Assembly (NCBI RefSeq): GCF_009914755.1
Contig: NC_060932.1
From: the human T2T-CHM13v2.0 reference genome, Homo sapiens
Length of the DNA stretch: 64,000 nt
Direction: 5' to 3' (one strand)
Position numbers and translations under genes: made by a program. Below are positions 40,166-54,639 of the stretch, one piece after another; within the stretch, counting starts at the first letter, position 1, and every line of letters starts with the position of its first letter. Under the pieces are notes generated by a model. It was not told where the DNA came from and did not search any database. It saw only the letters and a program-made list of their open reading frames with translations.

Positions 40166-43100
40166 TAGAGGGAAACTGGACCAATGGAGAAGGACTTTTG
40201 CACTTTGTTCCCATTCCTGTCAGCATTGCTTCAGTGGTAGCAGTTGCTCTCATTTCCAGCATCTTTTGGCAATACCAGAATTGACCTCATTATGACCCCT
40301 CAGAGACATCAATGACAGCACAACTGGGAAGTGCCATCTTCAAAGTTCTGATCATCAGCTCCTCAGGGCCTCTGCTCTAAGCTGCAAGGGGACCCCAACT
40401 CTGCCCTACTTTATTCAACAGACATTTACTGAACATCTACAAATAGACTGGCACTGTACTAGGCCTCGGGAATAGAAGGTAAACAAAATGTACTCCCTGA
40501 TATCTGGGTAATAAAGAACAGAATTATCAAGAGCCAACTGTAGATGGATTAAGTACCTGCAAAATTGTTTTCCAATCCAGTGCTTCATTTGACTACCCAC
40601 AGATCGGTGTCAAGAGGTGCACTGTATTATCTTATCTCTAGTAGTTTTAATTGTTTTTGGCATGTCCTACTTCTTTAGTTTAGCTTTTAAATAGAAAACA
40701 CACACATTCTGACTCACTCATTTTTATCACTACCAAAGATGCAAGTAACTTCATTATTTTACAGTTGCCAAATTATTAGTAAAGGTAGAAAGAGCTTAGA
40801 AAATACAAATCTCTTTCAAACAACTTTGTTACAACTTGGAGGAAATAAGCCAGGTTTATTTAGAGAAATGGATGGAGCATGAGGGAAAGATAGAAGCTGG
40901 GAACCAGTGATGGTAAATGTTTAAAATTTCACAAAATCCTTCAAGATTGATTTAAAAACACAGAGATGTTAAATTATGAGTAATGGAAAATTTAAAAACT
41001 CTGCTTTTTTTTTTTAAGCCTGTTGGTTTCATAAGAGACTTCAAAAATTCCAAATTTTCTTTTCTTCTTGAATATGCCTGGTGAAACAAGGAATAGACCT
41101 TACTATGGTAAGCGGTTATATCAGTCAGAGACTAACCAGGAAACAGAACCACTTGAGCATTTAAAACAGAATTAATCTAATAAATAAATTAATAAATGGA
41201 TGATGAAAGAAATGAGAAGCCAATCAGAGAAGAAGTGAGACAAGACAGAGATGATTAAAGTAGGAATTTAGGATGACTATCCATAGGCCAGAGGGACTGA
41301 GAGAAGAGTTGGAATTACCAAAGCTCTGAGATAGCCAGGTGGGACGAAGTCCCCAGAAAACCTCCAAGCAGCCTGCTCATTGGGGTGGAGCCTTGGGAAG
41401 TTTGAGCCATTTGCAGCGGAGAGGAGCCTGGCTACTCCTCTTCCCATGGGGAACCTGGGGTTCGGGGCCGCGCGGGAAGCGCTCTAGCAGGGAATCTGGC
41501 CTAGCAGAGTCCCTGTTTCTCCCTTTTCTTGCTTTTCACCCAATAAAACCCTGTCTTACTCACCATTCAAATTGTCTGCAAGCTTGAATTTTCCTGGCCA
41601 TGGGACAAAGAATCCCGTCTTTAGCTGAGCTAAGGAAAAGTCCTGCAACATTTTTGGTGTGCAATGTTGGGACTCGAGAAGCGGTGAGTAAAATGGGGAC
41701 TCAAAACCTCTCGCTGTTGCTCTTAAGCCTTTTCATCCTCGGACTTCTAGGGTGAGGGGAACCATGCCTCCAATCTCCATCATTCCTGGCCTTTTTATGG
41801 CCTTTTCCTTCCTTTTTTGGGACAGATCAGAGAGCAGCTGCTCCCCACGGCTCTCCCCTCCCCGCCAGGACTGGGACACGCAGCCCAAGGCGCTGCAGGC
41901 TGCTGGCTCGTGTTTTCTGCCACAGTCCCATGGGGTTTCCTCCTCTCTTTTCCAGGGAGGCCAGCTCTGACCCACCGCAATTAAACTTGTCCCTGGTGGA
42001 GGAACCACTTGCATAAGAATAAGGGGTTCTTCCCCAGGCATTTTAAAACTGTTTCTTTTCTTTCTTTCCCCTTCTCTACACCATCAGCAAGTTAACTTTT
42101 AAAGTTTTTTTTCTTTTATCTTTTTTTTTTTTCTTTTAGAAGATGTTTTTACTAGGTAGGGCCCCTCAACTATCACTGTTTATATTTTCTGCAAAGCTTT
42201 GGTTGTAAAATCAAGCCTCTATCTTGTTTTACATTCTTAGGGCATCACTGGTAACTGCTGGCAAGGATTTGTTCAGCAATCTTGCCTTAGGGGATAAGCC
42301 CTCTCAGGTTGGATATTTGCATGTTTTTCCTAGCCCTGTCTCTCCCTCTTTTTTAAATTGTTTTTTGAGAAGCAGCAAGGGTTTATTAATTTTATCAATT
42401 TTTCCAATGACCAATTTTGACTTTTATGATTTTCTTGTTTTCTTCTTTCTGTTTCCTTTGGGTTCTATTTCCTCAACTCTTCCTAGCTTCTTAAGATGGA
42501 AGCTTCATTCTTTTATTTTACACCTTTCTTCTTTCTAAATAGAAGCACTGAACACTACAGATTCTCTTCTAAGTGCTGCTTTAGCTTCATAACACCATAC
42601 TTTTTTTTTTATATATATACTATAAGTTCTGGGACACGTGCGGAACGTGCAGGTTTGTTACATAGGTATACACGTGCCATGGTGGTTTGCTGCACCTATC
42701 AACTCGTCGTCTACATTAGGTATTTCTCCTAATGCTATCCCTCCCCTAACTCCCCACCCCCTGAAAGGCCCTGGTGTGTGATGTTCCCCTCCCTGTGTCC
42801 ATATGTTCTCATTGTTTAATTCCTACTTTGCAGTGTTTGGTTTCCTGTTCTTGTATTAGTTTGCTGAGCATGATGGTTTCCAGCTTCATCCATGTCCCAC
42901 ATCATTTTTCATGGCTGCATAGTATTCCATGGTGTATATGCGCCATATTTTCTTTATCCAGTCTATCACTGATAGACATTTGGGCTGGTTCCAAGTCTTT
43001 GCTATTGATCAACAGTGCTGCAGTAAACATACGTGTGCATGTGTCTTTATAGCAGCATGATTTATAATCCTTTCGGTATATACCCAGTAACGGGATTGCT

Positions 43101-43941
43101 GGGTCAAATGGTATTTCTGGTTCTAGATCATTGAGGAATCACCACACTGTCTTCCACAATGGTTGAACTAATTTACACTCCCACCAACAATGTAAAAGCA
43201 TTCCTATTCCTCCACATCCTCTCCAGCATCTGTTGTTTCCTGACTTTTTAATGATCGCCATTCTAACTGGCATGAGATGGTATCTCATTGTGGTTTTGAT
43301 TTTCATTTCTGTAATGACCAGTGATGATGAGCTTTTTTTCATGTTTGTTGGCCAAATAAGTGTCTTCTTTTGAGAAGTGTCTGTTCATATACTTTACACA
43401 CTTTTTGATGGGGTTGTTTTTTTCTTGTAAATTTGTGTAAGTTCTTTGTAGATTCTGGATATTAGCTCTTTGTAAGATGGATAGATTGCAAAAATTTTCT
43501 CCCATTCTGTAGGTTGGCTGTTCACTCTGATGAGAGTATCTGTTGCTGTGCAGAAGCTCTTTAGCTTAATTAGATCCCATTTGTCAATTTTGGTTTTTGT
43601 TGCCATTGCTTTTGGTGTTTTAGTCATGAAGTCTTTGCCCATGCCTATGTCCTCAGTGGTATTGCCTAGGTTTTCTTCTAAGGTTTTATGGCTTTAGGTC
43701 TTACATTTAAGTCTTTAATCCATCTGGAGTTAATTTTTGTATAAGGTGTAAGGAAGGGTTCCAGTTTCAGTTTTCGGCATATGACTATCTAGTTTTCCCA
43801 ACACCACTTATTAAATGGGGAATCCTTTTCCCCATTGATTGTTTTTGTCAGGTTTGTCAAAGATCACATGGGTGTAGATGTGTGGTATTATTTCTGAGGG
43901 CTTTATTCTGTTCCATTGGTCTATATATCTGTTTTGGTGTC

Positions 43942-44948
43942 TGTGGGCAGCAAGCCACCCAGGCGCCGAGGCAAGAGACCGAGGACACGATCTGTTCCAG
44001 TATAATAAAATATAAAACAAGCATAGTTATACCAGATATAGATCTTGGATATGATTATATATGAATATCATTAATCATTAGTTGGTAGTAATTACTCTTT
44101 ATTCCAATATTATAATAATCCTCGCTCTACAATCATAACCTAGGAAAAACCAGGCCATACAGAGATAGGAGCTGAGAGGACATAGTGAGGTGTGACCAGA
44201 AGACAAGAGTGCGAGCCTTCTGTTATGCCCGGACAGGGCCACCAGAGGGCTCCTTGGTCTAGTGGTGACGCTAGCGTCTGGGAAGATGCCCGTTGCCAGG
44301 CAGACCATAGTCTAGCGGTAGCGAAAAGTGTCAAGGAACAACACCTGCTACTTAGCAGACTGGGAAAGGGAGTCTCCTTTTCCCCAGGGGAGTTTAGAGA
44401 AGACTCTGCTCCTCCACCTCTTGTGGAGGGCCTGACATCAGTCAGGCTTGCCTGCAGTTATCTGGAGGCCTAACCATCTCCCTGTGATGCTGTGCTTCAG
44501 TGGTCACGCTCCTAGTCCGCCTTCATGTTCCATCCTGTACACCTGGCTCTGCCTTCTAGATAGCAGTAGTAAATTAGTGGAAGTACTAAAAGTCTGTGAT
44601 ATGCAGAAATAATGGTGTAAGCTGTCTTTCTCTCCGTCTCCTCTCCCTCTCTGCCTTGGCTGCCAGGCAGGGAAGGGCCCCCTGTCCAGTAGACACGTGA
44701 CCCACGTGACCTTACCTATCATTGGAGATGACTCACACTCTTTACCCTGCCCCTTTTGCTTTGTATCCAATAAATAACAGCGCAGCCAGACATTCGGGGC
44801 CACTACTGGTCTCCATGCATTGGTGGTAGTGGTCCCCCAGACCCAGCTGTCTTTTCTTTTATCTCTTTGTCTTGTGTCTTTATTTCTACACTCTCTCGTC
44901 GCCGCACACTGCGAAAAGCCCACTGACCCTGTGGGGCTGGTCCCTACA
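43942..44948 (+). mobile_element. LTR13 solo LTR (ERVK class), 1007 bp
   Basis: tgtgggcagcaagccacccaggcgccgagg...ggtccctaca; perfect 6-bp TSD ggtgtc at 43936-43941 and 44949-44954. Confidence 0.9.
44239..44252 (+). promoter_or_regulatory. CTCF-like motif in LTR13
   Basis: ccaccagagggctc versus the CTCF core CCASYAGRKGGCRS. Confidence 0.6.
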
Positions 44949-44955
44949 GGTGTCA

Positions 44956-45102
<147 letters not shown>

Positions 45103-45205
45103 CTAATTCTGTGAAGAAAGTCAATGGTAGCTTGATAGGTATAGCATTGAATCTATAAATTACTTTGGGCAATATGGCCATTTTCACGATGTTGATTCTT
45201 CCTAT

Positions 45206-46066
45206 CTATGAGCATGGAATGTTTTTCCATTTGTTTGTGTCCTTTCTTATTTCCTTGAGCAGTTGTTTGTAGTTCTCCTTGAAGAGGTCCTTCACATCCT
45301 TTGTAAATTGTATTCCTAGATATTTTATTCTGTTTGTAGCAATTGTGAACGGGTGTTCACTAATGATTTGGCTATTACTGGTGTATAGGAATGCTTGTGA
45401 TTTTTGCACATTGATTTTGTATTCTGAGACTTTGCTGAAGTTGCTTATTAGCTTAAGGAGATTTTGGACTGAGACAATGGGGTTTTCTAAATACACAATC
45501 ATGTCATCTGCAAACAGAGACAACTTGACTTCCTCTCTTCCTATTTGAATACACTTTATTTCTTTCTCTTGCCTTATTGCCCTGGTCAGAACTTCCAATA
45601 CTATGTTGAATGAGAGTGGTGAGAGAGGACATCCTTGCCTTGTGCTGGTTTTCAAAGGGAATGCTTCGAGCTTTTGCCCATTCAGTATGGTATTGGCTGT
45701 GAGTTTGTCATAAATAGCTCTTATTATTTTGAGATACATTCCATCAATACCTAGTTTACTGAGAGTTTTCAGCATGAAGAGGTGTTGAATTTTGTCAAAG
45801 GCCTTTTCTGCATCTATTGAGACAATCATGTGGTTTTTGTCATTGGTTCTGTTTATGTGATGGATTACGTTTATTGATTTCTGTATGTTGAACCAGCCTT
45901 GCATCCCATGGATGAAGCCGACTTGACCATGGTGGAAAAGCTTTTTGATGTGCTGCTGGATTTGGTTTGCCAGTATTTTATTGAAGATTTTTGCATCGAT
46001 GTTCATCAGGGATATTGTCCTGAAATATTCTTTTTCTGTTGTATCTCTGCTAGCTTTTGGTATCAA
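45206..46066 (-). pseudogene. L1 ORF2 reverse-transcriptase fragment (286 aa open)
   Basis: Contains [31 protein letters not shown] and LFADD; flanking ORF2 is disrupted. Confidence 0.95.
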
Positions 46067-49000
46067 GATGATGCTGACCTTATAAAATGAGTTAGGGAGA
46101 AATCCCTCTTTTTCTATTCTTTGGAATAGTTTCAGAAGGAATGGTATCAGCTCCTTTTTGTACCTCTGGTAGAATTCGGCTGTGAATCCGTCTGATCCTG
46201 GGCTTTTTTTTGGTTGGTAGGCTAATTATTACTGCCTCAATTTCAGAATTCGTTATTGGTTTATTCAGGGATTCAACTTCTTCCTGGTTTAGTCTTGGGA
46301 GGGTGTATGTGTCCAGGAATGTATCCATTTCTTCCAGATTTTCTAGTTTATTTGCACAGAGGTGTTTATAATATTCTCTGATGGTAGTTTTTATTTCTGT
46401 GGGATCAGTGGTGACATCCTCTTTATCATTTTTTATTATGTCTATTTGATTCTTTTTTCTTCTTTATTAGTCTGGCTAGCAGTCTATCTTTTTGATCTCT
46501 TCAAAAAACTGGCTCCTGGATTCATTGATTTTTTTGAAGGGTTTTTTGTGTCTCTCTTTCAGTTCTGCTCTGATCTTAGTTATTTCTTGTCTTCTGCTAG
46601 CTTTTGAATTTCTTTGCTCTTGTTTCTCTAGTTCTCTTGTGATGTTAGGGTGTCGATTTTAGATCTTTCCTGTTTTCTCCTTGAGCATTTAGTGCTATAA
46701 TTTTCCCTCTAAACACTGCTTTAGCTGTGTCCCAGAGATTCTGGTACCTTGTGTCTTTGTTCTCATAGGTTTCAAAGAATTTATTTATTTCTGCCTTAAT
46801 TTTGTTATTTACCCAGTAGTCATTCAGGAGCAGGTTATTCAGTTTCCATGTAGTTGTGCAGTTTTGAGTGAGTTTCTTAATCTAGGGTTCTAAGTTGATT
46901 GCACTGTGGTCTAAGAGACTGTTTGTTATGATTTCTGTTCTTTTGCATTTGCAGGGGAGTGTTTTACTTCCAATTATGTGATCAATTTTAGAGTAAGTGT
47001 GATGTGGTGCTGAGAAGAATGTATATTCTGTTGATTTGGGGTGGAGAATTCTGTAGATGTCTATTAGGTCCACTTGGTCCAGAGCTGAGTTCAACTCCAG
47101 AATATCCTTGTTAATTTTTTGTTAATTTTCTGTTTCATTGATCTAATATTGACAGTGGGGTGTTAAAGTCTCCCACTATTATTGTGTGGGAGTCTAAGTC
47201 TCTTTGTAGGTCTGTTAAGAACTTGCTTTATGATTCTGCATGTTCCTGTATTGGGTGCATATATATTGAGGATAGTTAGCTCTTCTTGTTGCATTGATCC
47301 CTTTACCATTATGTAATGCCCTTCTTTGTCTTTTTTGATCTTTGTTGGTTTAAGTCTGTTTTATCAGAGACTAGGATTGCAATCCCTGCTCTTTTTTTGC
47401 CTTCCATTTGCTTGGTAAATACTCCTCCATCCCTTTATTTTGAGCCGATGTGTGTCTTTTCTTGTGAGATGGGACTCCTGAATATAACACACCGATGGGT
47501 CTTTATTTTTAGCCAGTTTGCCAGTCTGTGTCTTTTAATTAGGGCATTTAGTCTATTTACATTTAAGGTTCCATTGTTATGTGTGAATTTGATCCTGTTA
47601 TTATGATGCTAGCTGGTTATTTTGCCCATTACTTGATGCAGTTTCTCCATAGTGTCAATGGTCTTTACAATTTGATATGTTTTGCAGTGGGTGGTACCAG
47701 TTGTTCTTTTCCATGTTTAATGCTCCCTTCAGGAGCTCTTGTAAGGCAAGCCTGGTGGTGACAAAATCTCTAGCATTTGTTTGTCTGTAAAGGATTTTAT
47801 TTCTCCTTCGCTTATGAAGCTTAGTTTGGCTGGATATGAAATTCTGGGTTGAAAAATCTTTTATTTAAGAATGTTGAATATTGGCCTCCACTCTCTTCTG
47901 GCTTGTAGGGTTTCTGCAGAGAGATCTGCTGTTAGTCTGATGGGCTTCCCTTTGTGGGTAACCTGACCTTTCTCTCTGGCTGCCCTTAACATTTTTTTCT
48001 TCATTTTAACCTTGGTGAATCTGACGATTATGTCTTGGGGTTGCTCTTTTTGAGGAGTATCTTTGTGGGGTTCTCTGTATTTCCTGAATTTAAATGTTGG
48101 CCTGTCTTGCTGGGTTGGGGAAGTTCTCCTGGATAATATCCTGAAGTATGTTTTCCAGCTTGGTTCCATTCTCCCCGTCACTTTCAGGTACACCAATCAA
48201 ACGTAGGTTTGGTCTTTTCACATAGTCCCATATTTCTGGAGGCTTTGTTCATTCCTTTTCATTCTGTTTTCTCTAATCTTGTCTTTATGCTTCATTTCAT
48301 TAAGTTGATCTTCAGTCTCTGATATCCTTTCTTCTGCTTTTTCAATTCGGCTATTGATACTTGTGTATGCTTCAGGAGTTCTCATGCCGTGTTTTTCAGC
48401 TCCATCAGGTCATTTATGTTCTTCTCGAAACTGGTTATTCTAGTTAGCAATTCCTCTAACTTTTTTCAAGGTTCTTAGCTTTCCTGCATTGGGTTAGAGC
48501 ATGCTGCTTTAGCTTGAAGGAGTTTGTTATTACCCACATTCTGAAGCCTACTTCTGTCAATTCATCAAACTCATTCTCTGTCTAGTTTTGTTCCCTTGCT
48601 GGTGAGGAGTTGTGATCCTTTGGAGGAGGAGAGGCATTCTAGTTTTAGAATTTTCAGCCTTTTTGCATTGGTTTTTCCTCATCTTCGTGAATTTATATAC
48701 CTTTGATCTGTGATGCTGGTGACCTTTGAATGGGGTACTGGTGTGGATGTCCTTTTTATTGATGTTGATGCGATTTCTTTCTGTTTGTTAATTTTCCTTC
48801 TAATAGGCCCCTCTGCTGCAGGTCTGCTGGAGTTTGCTGGAGGTTAACTCCAGACCCTGTTTGCCTGGGTATCACCAGTGGAGGCTGCAGAACAGCAAAG
48901 ATTGCTGCCTTTTCCTTCCTCTGGAAGCCTTGTCCCAGAGGGACACCCACCAGATGCCAGCTGGAACTCTCCTGTATGAGGTGTCTGTCGACCCCTGCTG

Positions 49001-52000
49001 GGAGTTTTCTCCCAGTCAGGAGGCACAGGGGTCAGTCCACTTGAGGAGGCAGTCTGTCCCTTAGCAGAGCTCGAGTGCTGTGCTGGGAGATCTGCTGCTC
49101 TCTTCAGAGCTGGCAGGCAGAAACGTTTAAGTCTGCTGAAGCTGTGCCCACAGCTGCCCCATCCCCAGGTGCTCTGTCCCAGGGAGACAGGAATTTTATC
49201 TATAGGCCCCTGACTGGGGCTGTTGCCTTTCTTTCAGAGATGGCTTTTCCAGAGAGGAGGAATCTAGAGAGGCAGTCTGGCTACAGTGGCTTTGCCAAGC
49301 TGCAGTGGGCTCCACCCAGTTAGAACTTCCTGGCGGCTTTGTTTACACTATGAGGGGAAAACGGCCTACTCAAGCCTCAGTAATGGTGGACGCCCTTCCC
49401 CCCACCAAGCTCGAGCATCCCAGGGTGACTTCAGATTGCTGGGCTGGTTGCAAGAATTTCAAGCCAGTGGATGTTAGCTTGCTGGGCTCTGTGGGGGTGG
49501 GATCCACCAAGCTAGACCACTTGGCTCCCTGGCTTCAGCCCCCTTCCCAGGGGAGTGAATGGTTCTGTCTCACTGGCATTCCAGGTGCCACTGGGGTATG
49601 AAAAAAAACTCCTGCAGCTAGCTGGGTGTCAGCCCAAATGGCCGCCCAATTTTGTGCTGGAAACCCAGGGCCCTGGTGGTATAGGCACCGGAGGGAATCT
49701 CCTGGTCTGCGGGTTGTGAAGACTGTGGGAAAAGTGTAGTATCTGGGCCGGAGTACACCGTTCCTAAAGACACAATCCCTCAGGGCTTCCCTTGACTAGG
49801 GGAGGGAATCCCTGACCCCTTGCGCTTCCCAGGTGAGGCAATGCCCCAACCTGCTTTGGCTGGCCCTCTGTGGCTGTACCCCTGTCTAACCAGTCCCAAT
49901 GAGATGAGCCGGGTACCTCAGTTGGAAATGCAGAAATCACCTGCCTTCTCTGTTGATCTCGCTGGGAACTGCAGAGCAGAGCTGTTCCTATTTGGCCATC
50001 TTGCCAGCCTCCTAGCTCTGTCTCTTAAAGGGCCCCACCCAGCGACTGGGTTTTCTTCCACCTGTCTGTTGTGTGTACTGTGTGTAATGTCTGTTGAAAG
50101 AGCTCTAATTAATTTGGCCTAAAGAAAGACACGCAGTTGGATTTAATATTTTTTAAAGGGAAGATAAAATCTGTGGTACCTTCCACTTCACGTGACTTTA
50201 ATCTTTAAGAAATAAAAACAGCTCTCCAGACTGTTAGTAAAATGTAGGTCAGATGCAAGATTTGCTAAGTGTTTTGAGGTTACAAACTGACTTTTGGGTT
50301 TTGAGAACTATTTGACTTGTTGGCTTCACAACTGGTAAGGCCTTGGGACATATGAACTAACCACGCCCTTAACTAAGAAGGCAAACCTTGGCTGCACTTA
50401 GCACACAATTAAAGCAACTTACCAAATTTTACCTTAAAGTTAAAAATTGCTAGGAGTTAATTGAAACTACTAGAACAAGATTTACATGCAAGGTGTGTAA
50501 GAACAGTACAATGTGTGTGTGTGTGTTTTTTTAGTAATAAGTTATAAGAAGACATGGAAATGTAAATTTTTGCCTGGGGTTAAAGGATTGTTTTAAATTA
50601 AGAAAAAGCTGAAAGTTCAAACAAGTGGTAGAAGCATTATGGAAATTAATCCTGCAGAAGAGGTTCTCTGTGAACATATTAACTAAACATGTTAACTAAT
50701 GTGAACATATTAACTAAATTCTGAGGAGTTCTAAAAGGATTTTGCTTCTTTAAAATTTCTGAGCCATCTTTTTGGCAAAATAAATAACTTATGGTAATCT
50801 GGCATTCTATTTCATAATATCAATGCTTTAAACATATTTAACAGCCTTCCCCAAATCAAACTTCAGTTTCAAAATTGTCTTCCCTAGCACCTGGCTTTTT
50901 GAATACTTCAGAGGGCCCCTGAAGTGTCCAGAAAAGAGATGTAGACAGGATTATTTGACATGTTTAGGTACACGGGATTGCCAAAATCTTCAATTTAGGT
51001 TATATTTTTGTGAATAATGCTAATACATGTTCCAAAATTGTATGGAATTTTAAAAATTCTAATGTCTAAAGTATATGCTATCAGTCACAATTAAGGTTAA
51101 GTTATTGTAAACCATGGAGATAACCAAACCTCTTTGTCAATCATGTTTCTAACTGTAACTACCCTGCCCATTTTGGTATTCACAGACAATTGCTGTCTTG
51201 TTTTAATCCTTTTTAAAAGATGGTTTATAATAAGCTATAGAACTGTAACAGGTGCTCTCAAATACAATTTCTGATTGTATTTGAGACAATCAGGTTTCCG
51301 ATAACTTTGGAGATTGTGACATTGGAATAAAGGAAAATGTACAGGACTCATGAAGAGGTGAAATGCTTATGAATACCAAGCAAAACAAGAGTTAACTAAA
51401 TGGACTGAACTCAGAAAGCTGGAGCAAACTTTTTGACTTTTGCTTGGAATATTGCTGATCCTTGTTTTGTCTTTCAGAATCAAGGAAACTTATTTTGAAC
51501 TATTTATGGTTTTTAATAATTAAGCAAGGTATAGTCCTATGATCAAAATTTGGAGCATGTTTGTTTCTCTCTGCCTAGTTCCTCCAGAATTTAGAACCTA
51601 TCTGTGAGTATTCTTAACTTATGGCAATATAATTGTTTGCACTGGTGCAATAAAAATCCATTTTTCTCTTGCAACAGAATGCAAAAGGAAAAACTGAGTA
51701 TTTTACCAAGGATCTGATTGGAAGCGTATGCTTCCCTTTAGGGAGTCAATCTTGACTTGCAAAGCCAATAAAGCCCAGTGGGGGAAACTGGCCTCCTACC
51801 CTTGTCTACAGATTCCCTGAACAGGGTTCCTGGTCTGTGATCAGTAAAATGTCACTTTCTAACAGGTCCAGGAGCTCCAAGTTTATCTTGGGACCTTAAG
51901 AGGAGAGGATCACCCAACTCACAGGTATTTTATGATGCAAACCCATGGCTGGGCTCGGCTTTAAAGGTCTTATCTGACATCCTTTGTGGAACAGAGTTCC

Positions 52001-52310
52001 ATCAAAGCCAATCCAAAAGGCCTATGTATAAACAATTATTCTTGCTGCACTTTATGCAAATAATCAGGCCAAATGTAAGACTAAGGCCTATTTTGCAAAC
52101 CACTCAGTCCTATGGTGATTTTTTTTTTAATTTTTTTAACAAAAATGAGAACTAGAGAGAAAGAAATTATGTTCCAAAATGTACACATTTGTCATTAAAT
52201 TCTAAACTCACCAGTTGTTTTTAAGTTTTTGCACACATTTTAGACTAACCCTGCTTGTTCCTGTGCTCCAACCAGCAATTTCCAGCAGCAGCTCAAAAAG
52301 AACAAGACAG

Positions 52311-52654
<344 letters not shown>

Positions 52655-54639
52655 TTATCCTGCAAATCCTGCCAGGTGATGGGAATAAACAGAATTCTCA
52701 TCACTCAGAGGTTTCCTTTTCAGGAAAGTAAGACCAAGGGAGCTAACCAAAGCCAAGCCCCATGCATAACTAAATCTTCACAAACATAACTACAGCCACC
52801 AGTTTTCTGGGTGTGTCACAAGATACCCTTTCCTCTCTCGTTGAAAGAGGACTCAGTTCCACAGTTTCACCTTAGCATTTGGCTTATGATAAGGAGTCCC
52901 TCCAATGCCCCCTGAGATACATTTTTGTCCCAGACTCAATTCTAAGCTTCGGGTCAAAGCCCTAGGAAGGAAAACTGGATCTGAAGGATCCAGAGATACA
53001 TGACAACAGAGGTTAAGAGGCACAATGCAGGCGAGTGTGGCTGATTCTTGCAGATTAAGCCAACCCTAAGCTTCCTGTTTCATGGATAAAGGCCATGTTA
53101 ATATCCATAGCATAAATGAAGTCTAGGGAACTCCAAGGCTACTGACAGAAGCAGGGAGGCACAGGGGTCATCTGTAGGCATAGGTGAGAATGATAATGCC
53201 TATTCTCTAGGCCCTCACTACTTCAGGGGTGCAAGCCGCTTTGGCACTCATGGCAGGACCTGCCAAGGTCACCAGGACTTGGGGATGCAAGGATGGAAAA
53301 AGAAAACAGGATGCTCTTCCCTTTCTCCCTAACATACCCTGAGTATCTGCTAGGAAGAGAAGGGAATCAGGGATGCCTGCTCCCTTCTTTCTAGATAGGA
53401 TGCCATTCATCTTCTGTCTGTACTCCTTTCAAAAGCATCCTGAACCCCTTGGACTCCTTTAAAAAAACAAAAAAACAAACAAAAAAACGCCTTTTTTTCC
53501 TTTCTCCTCCTCATCCTCTCTTCACTGATAGGTAATTGTGTCTCCATACTATGGGACACTCCCCTCAGATGCATCCTCCAAACTGGAAATAATTAATTTC
53601 CCAAACCTTAAACTGGTTGGCTTAGGATTGGGCTCAGGGGAAGGGAACCCAGAAGCCCAACATGCCAGCAAAAGGGTAAGGTTTTTATTGCCATTCGGGC
53701 TTTTGGCTTCCTTCTCCCTGTGCAAACTGGTAAATGGCCTCGGAATTTTTGAGCTGTCCTTACCCTTCCCCTTGTTTCATTTTGATACATGTTTTCTAAT
53801 AACCTGGTTTGTCTGTTCTTTCCTTCAGGCCATCAAACTCCAGTCATACAACCAGAGCCTGGGACGATGGTCCCTTCTGCTGGGAACACTTAAATAGGCT
53901 TCTGAGGGAGATAGATCTGACTGCTGTTTCCCCCAAAGCAGCGCCCCCTGTTGGCAGGAAGCAGTTACGATTGGCCTTCGTCTTTAATGGCAGTTAGATG
54001 TTCTTCTTTAGATGGGGGAATGAGACAGCCAGGTGGGAGGGGGTCCCCAGAGAAACTCTGACCAGCCTGTGTACTGGAGTAGAGCCTCAGGAAGTCCGCA
54101 GCAAAGAGGAACCTGGACCCTCTTCTTCCTGTGTGGAATCTGGGATTCAAAACGGCCTGGCGGGAAGTGCTCTAGCTGGGACTCTGGCCTTGTGAGAGTC
54201 CCTGTTTTCCCCTTTTTTTCCTTTTCACCCAATAAAACCCTGTTTACTCACTATTCAAATTGTCTGTGAGCCTGAATTTTCATGGCTGTGGGACAAAGAA
54301 CCCCATCTTTAGCTAACCAAGAGGCCAGGGTTACCTGCAGAAGTTGACATCATGGTACACCTGGCCAGCAGTAACTGGGGCCACAAAGGAGAGAGACTGC
54401 TGCAATATATGCCACCTAAGTTGGAGAAGACTGGGCATTGTGGGGATTCCTTGGCTTATCCTTCCCCTACACCCCTAATCCCCCACCAGTATCATTTATT
54501 GATTGAACCCAGGTGGGACTGGAAACCTGGGAAATGCAGCCTGCAGGGGTCTCATTACTTGCAACACACAAAAGACAAGAGGGAAAGGTAATGCATGGAT
54601 CTGAGACTGGAGATACTATAGCCTAGCAGAGTGGTTTAC

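Noticed and set aside
45206-46066. Intact-looking reverse transcriptase suggesting an active or novel RT system
   Set aside because: Ordinary L1 ORF2 fragment. The element has frameshifts and an LTR13 inserted in ORF2.
50670-50720. Short tandem repeats gtgaacatattaactaa
   Set aside because: Slippage duplication inside MER61-int. There are no spacers, and nothing CRISPR-like occurs in this eukaryotic window.
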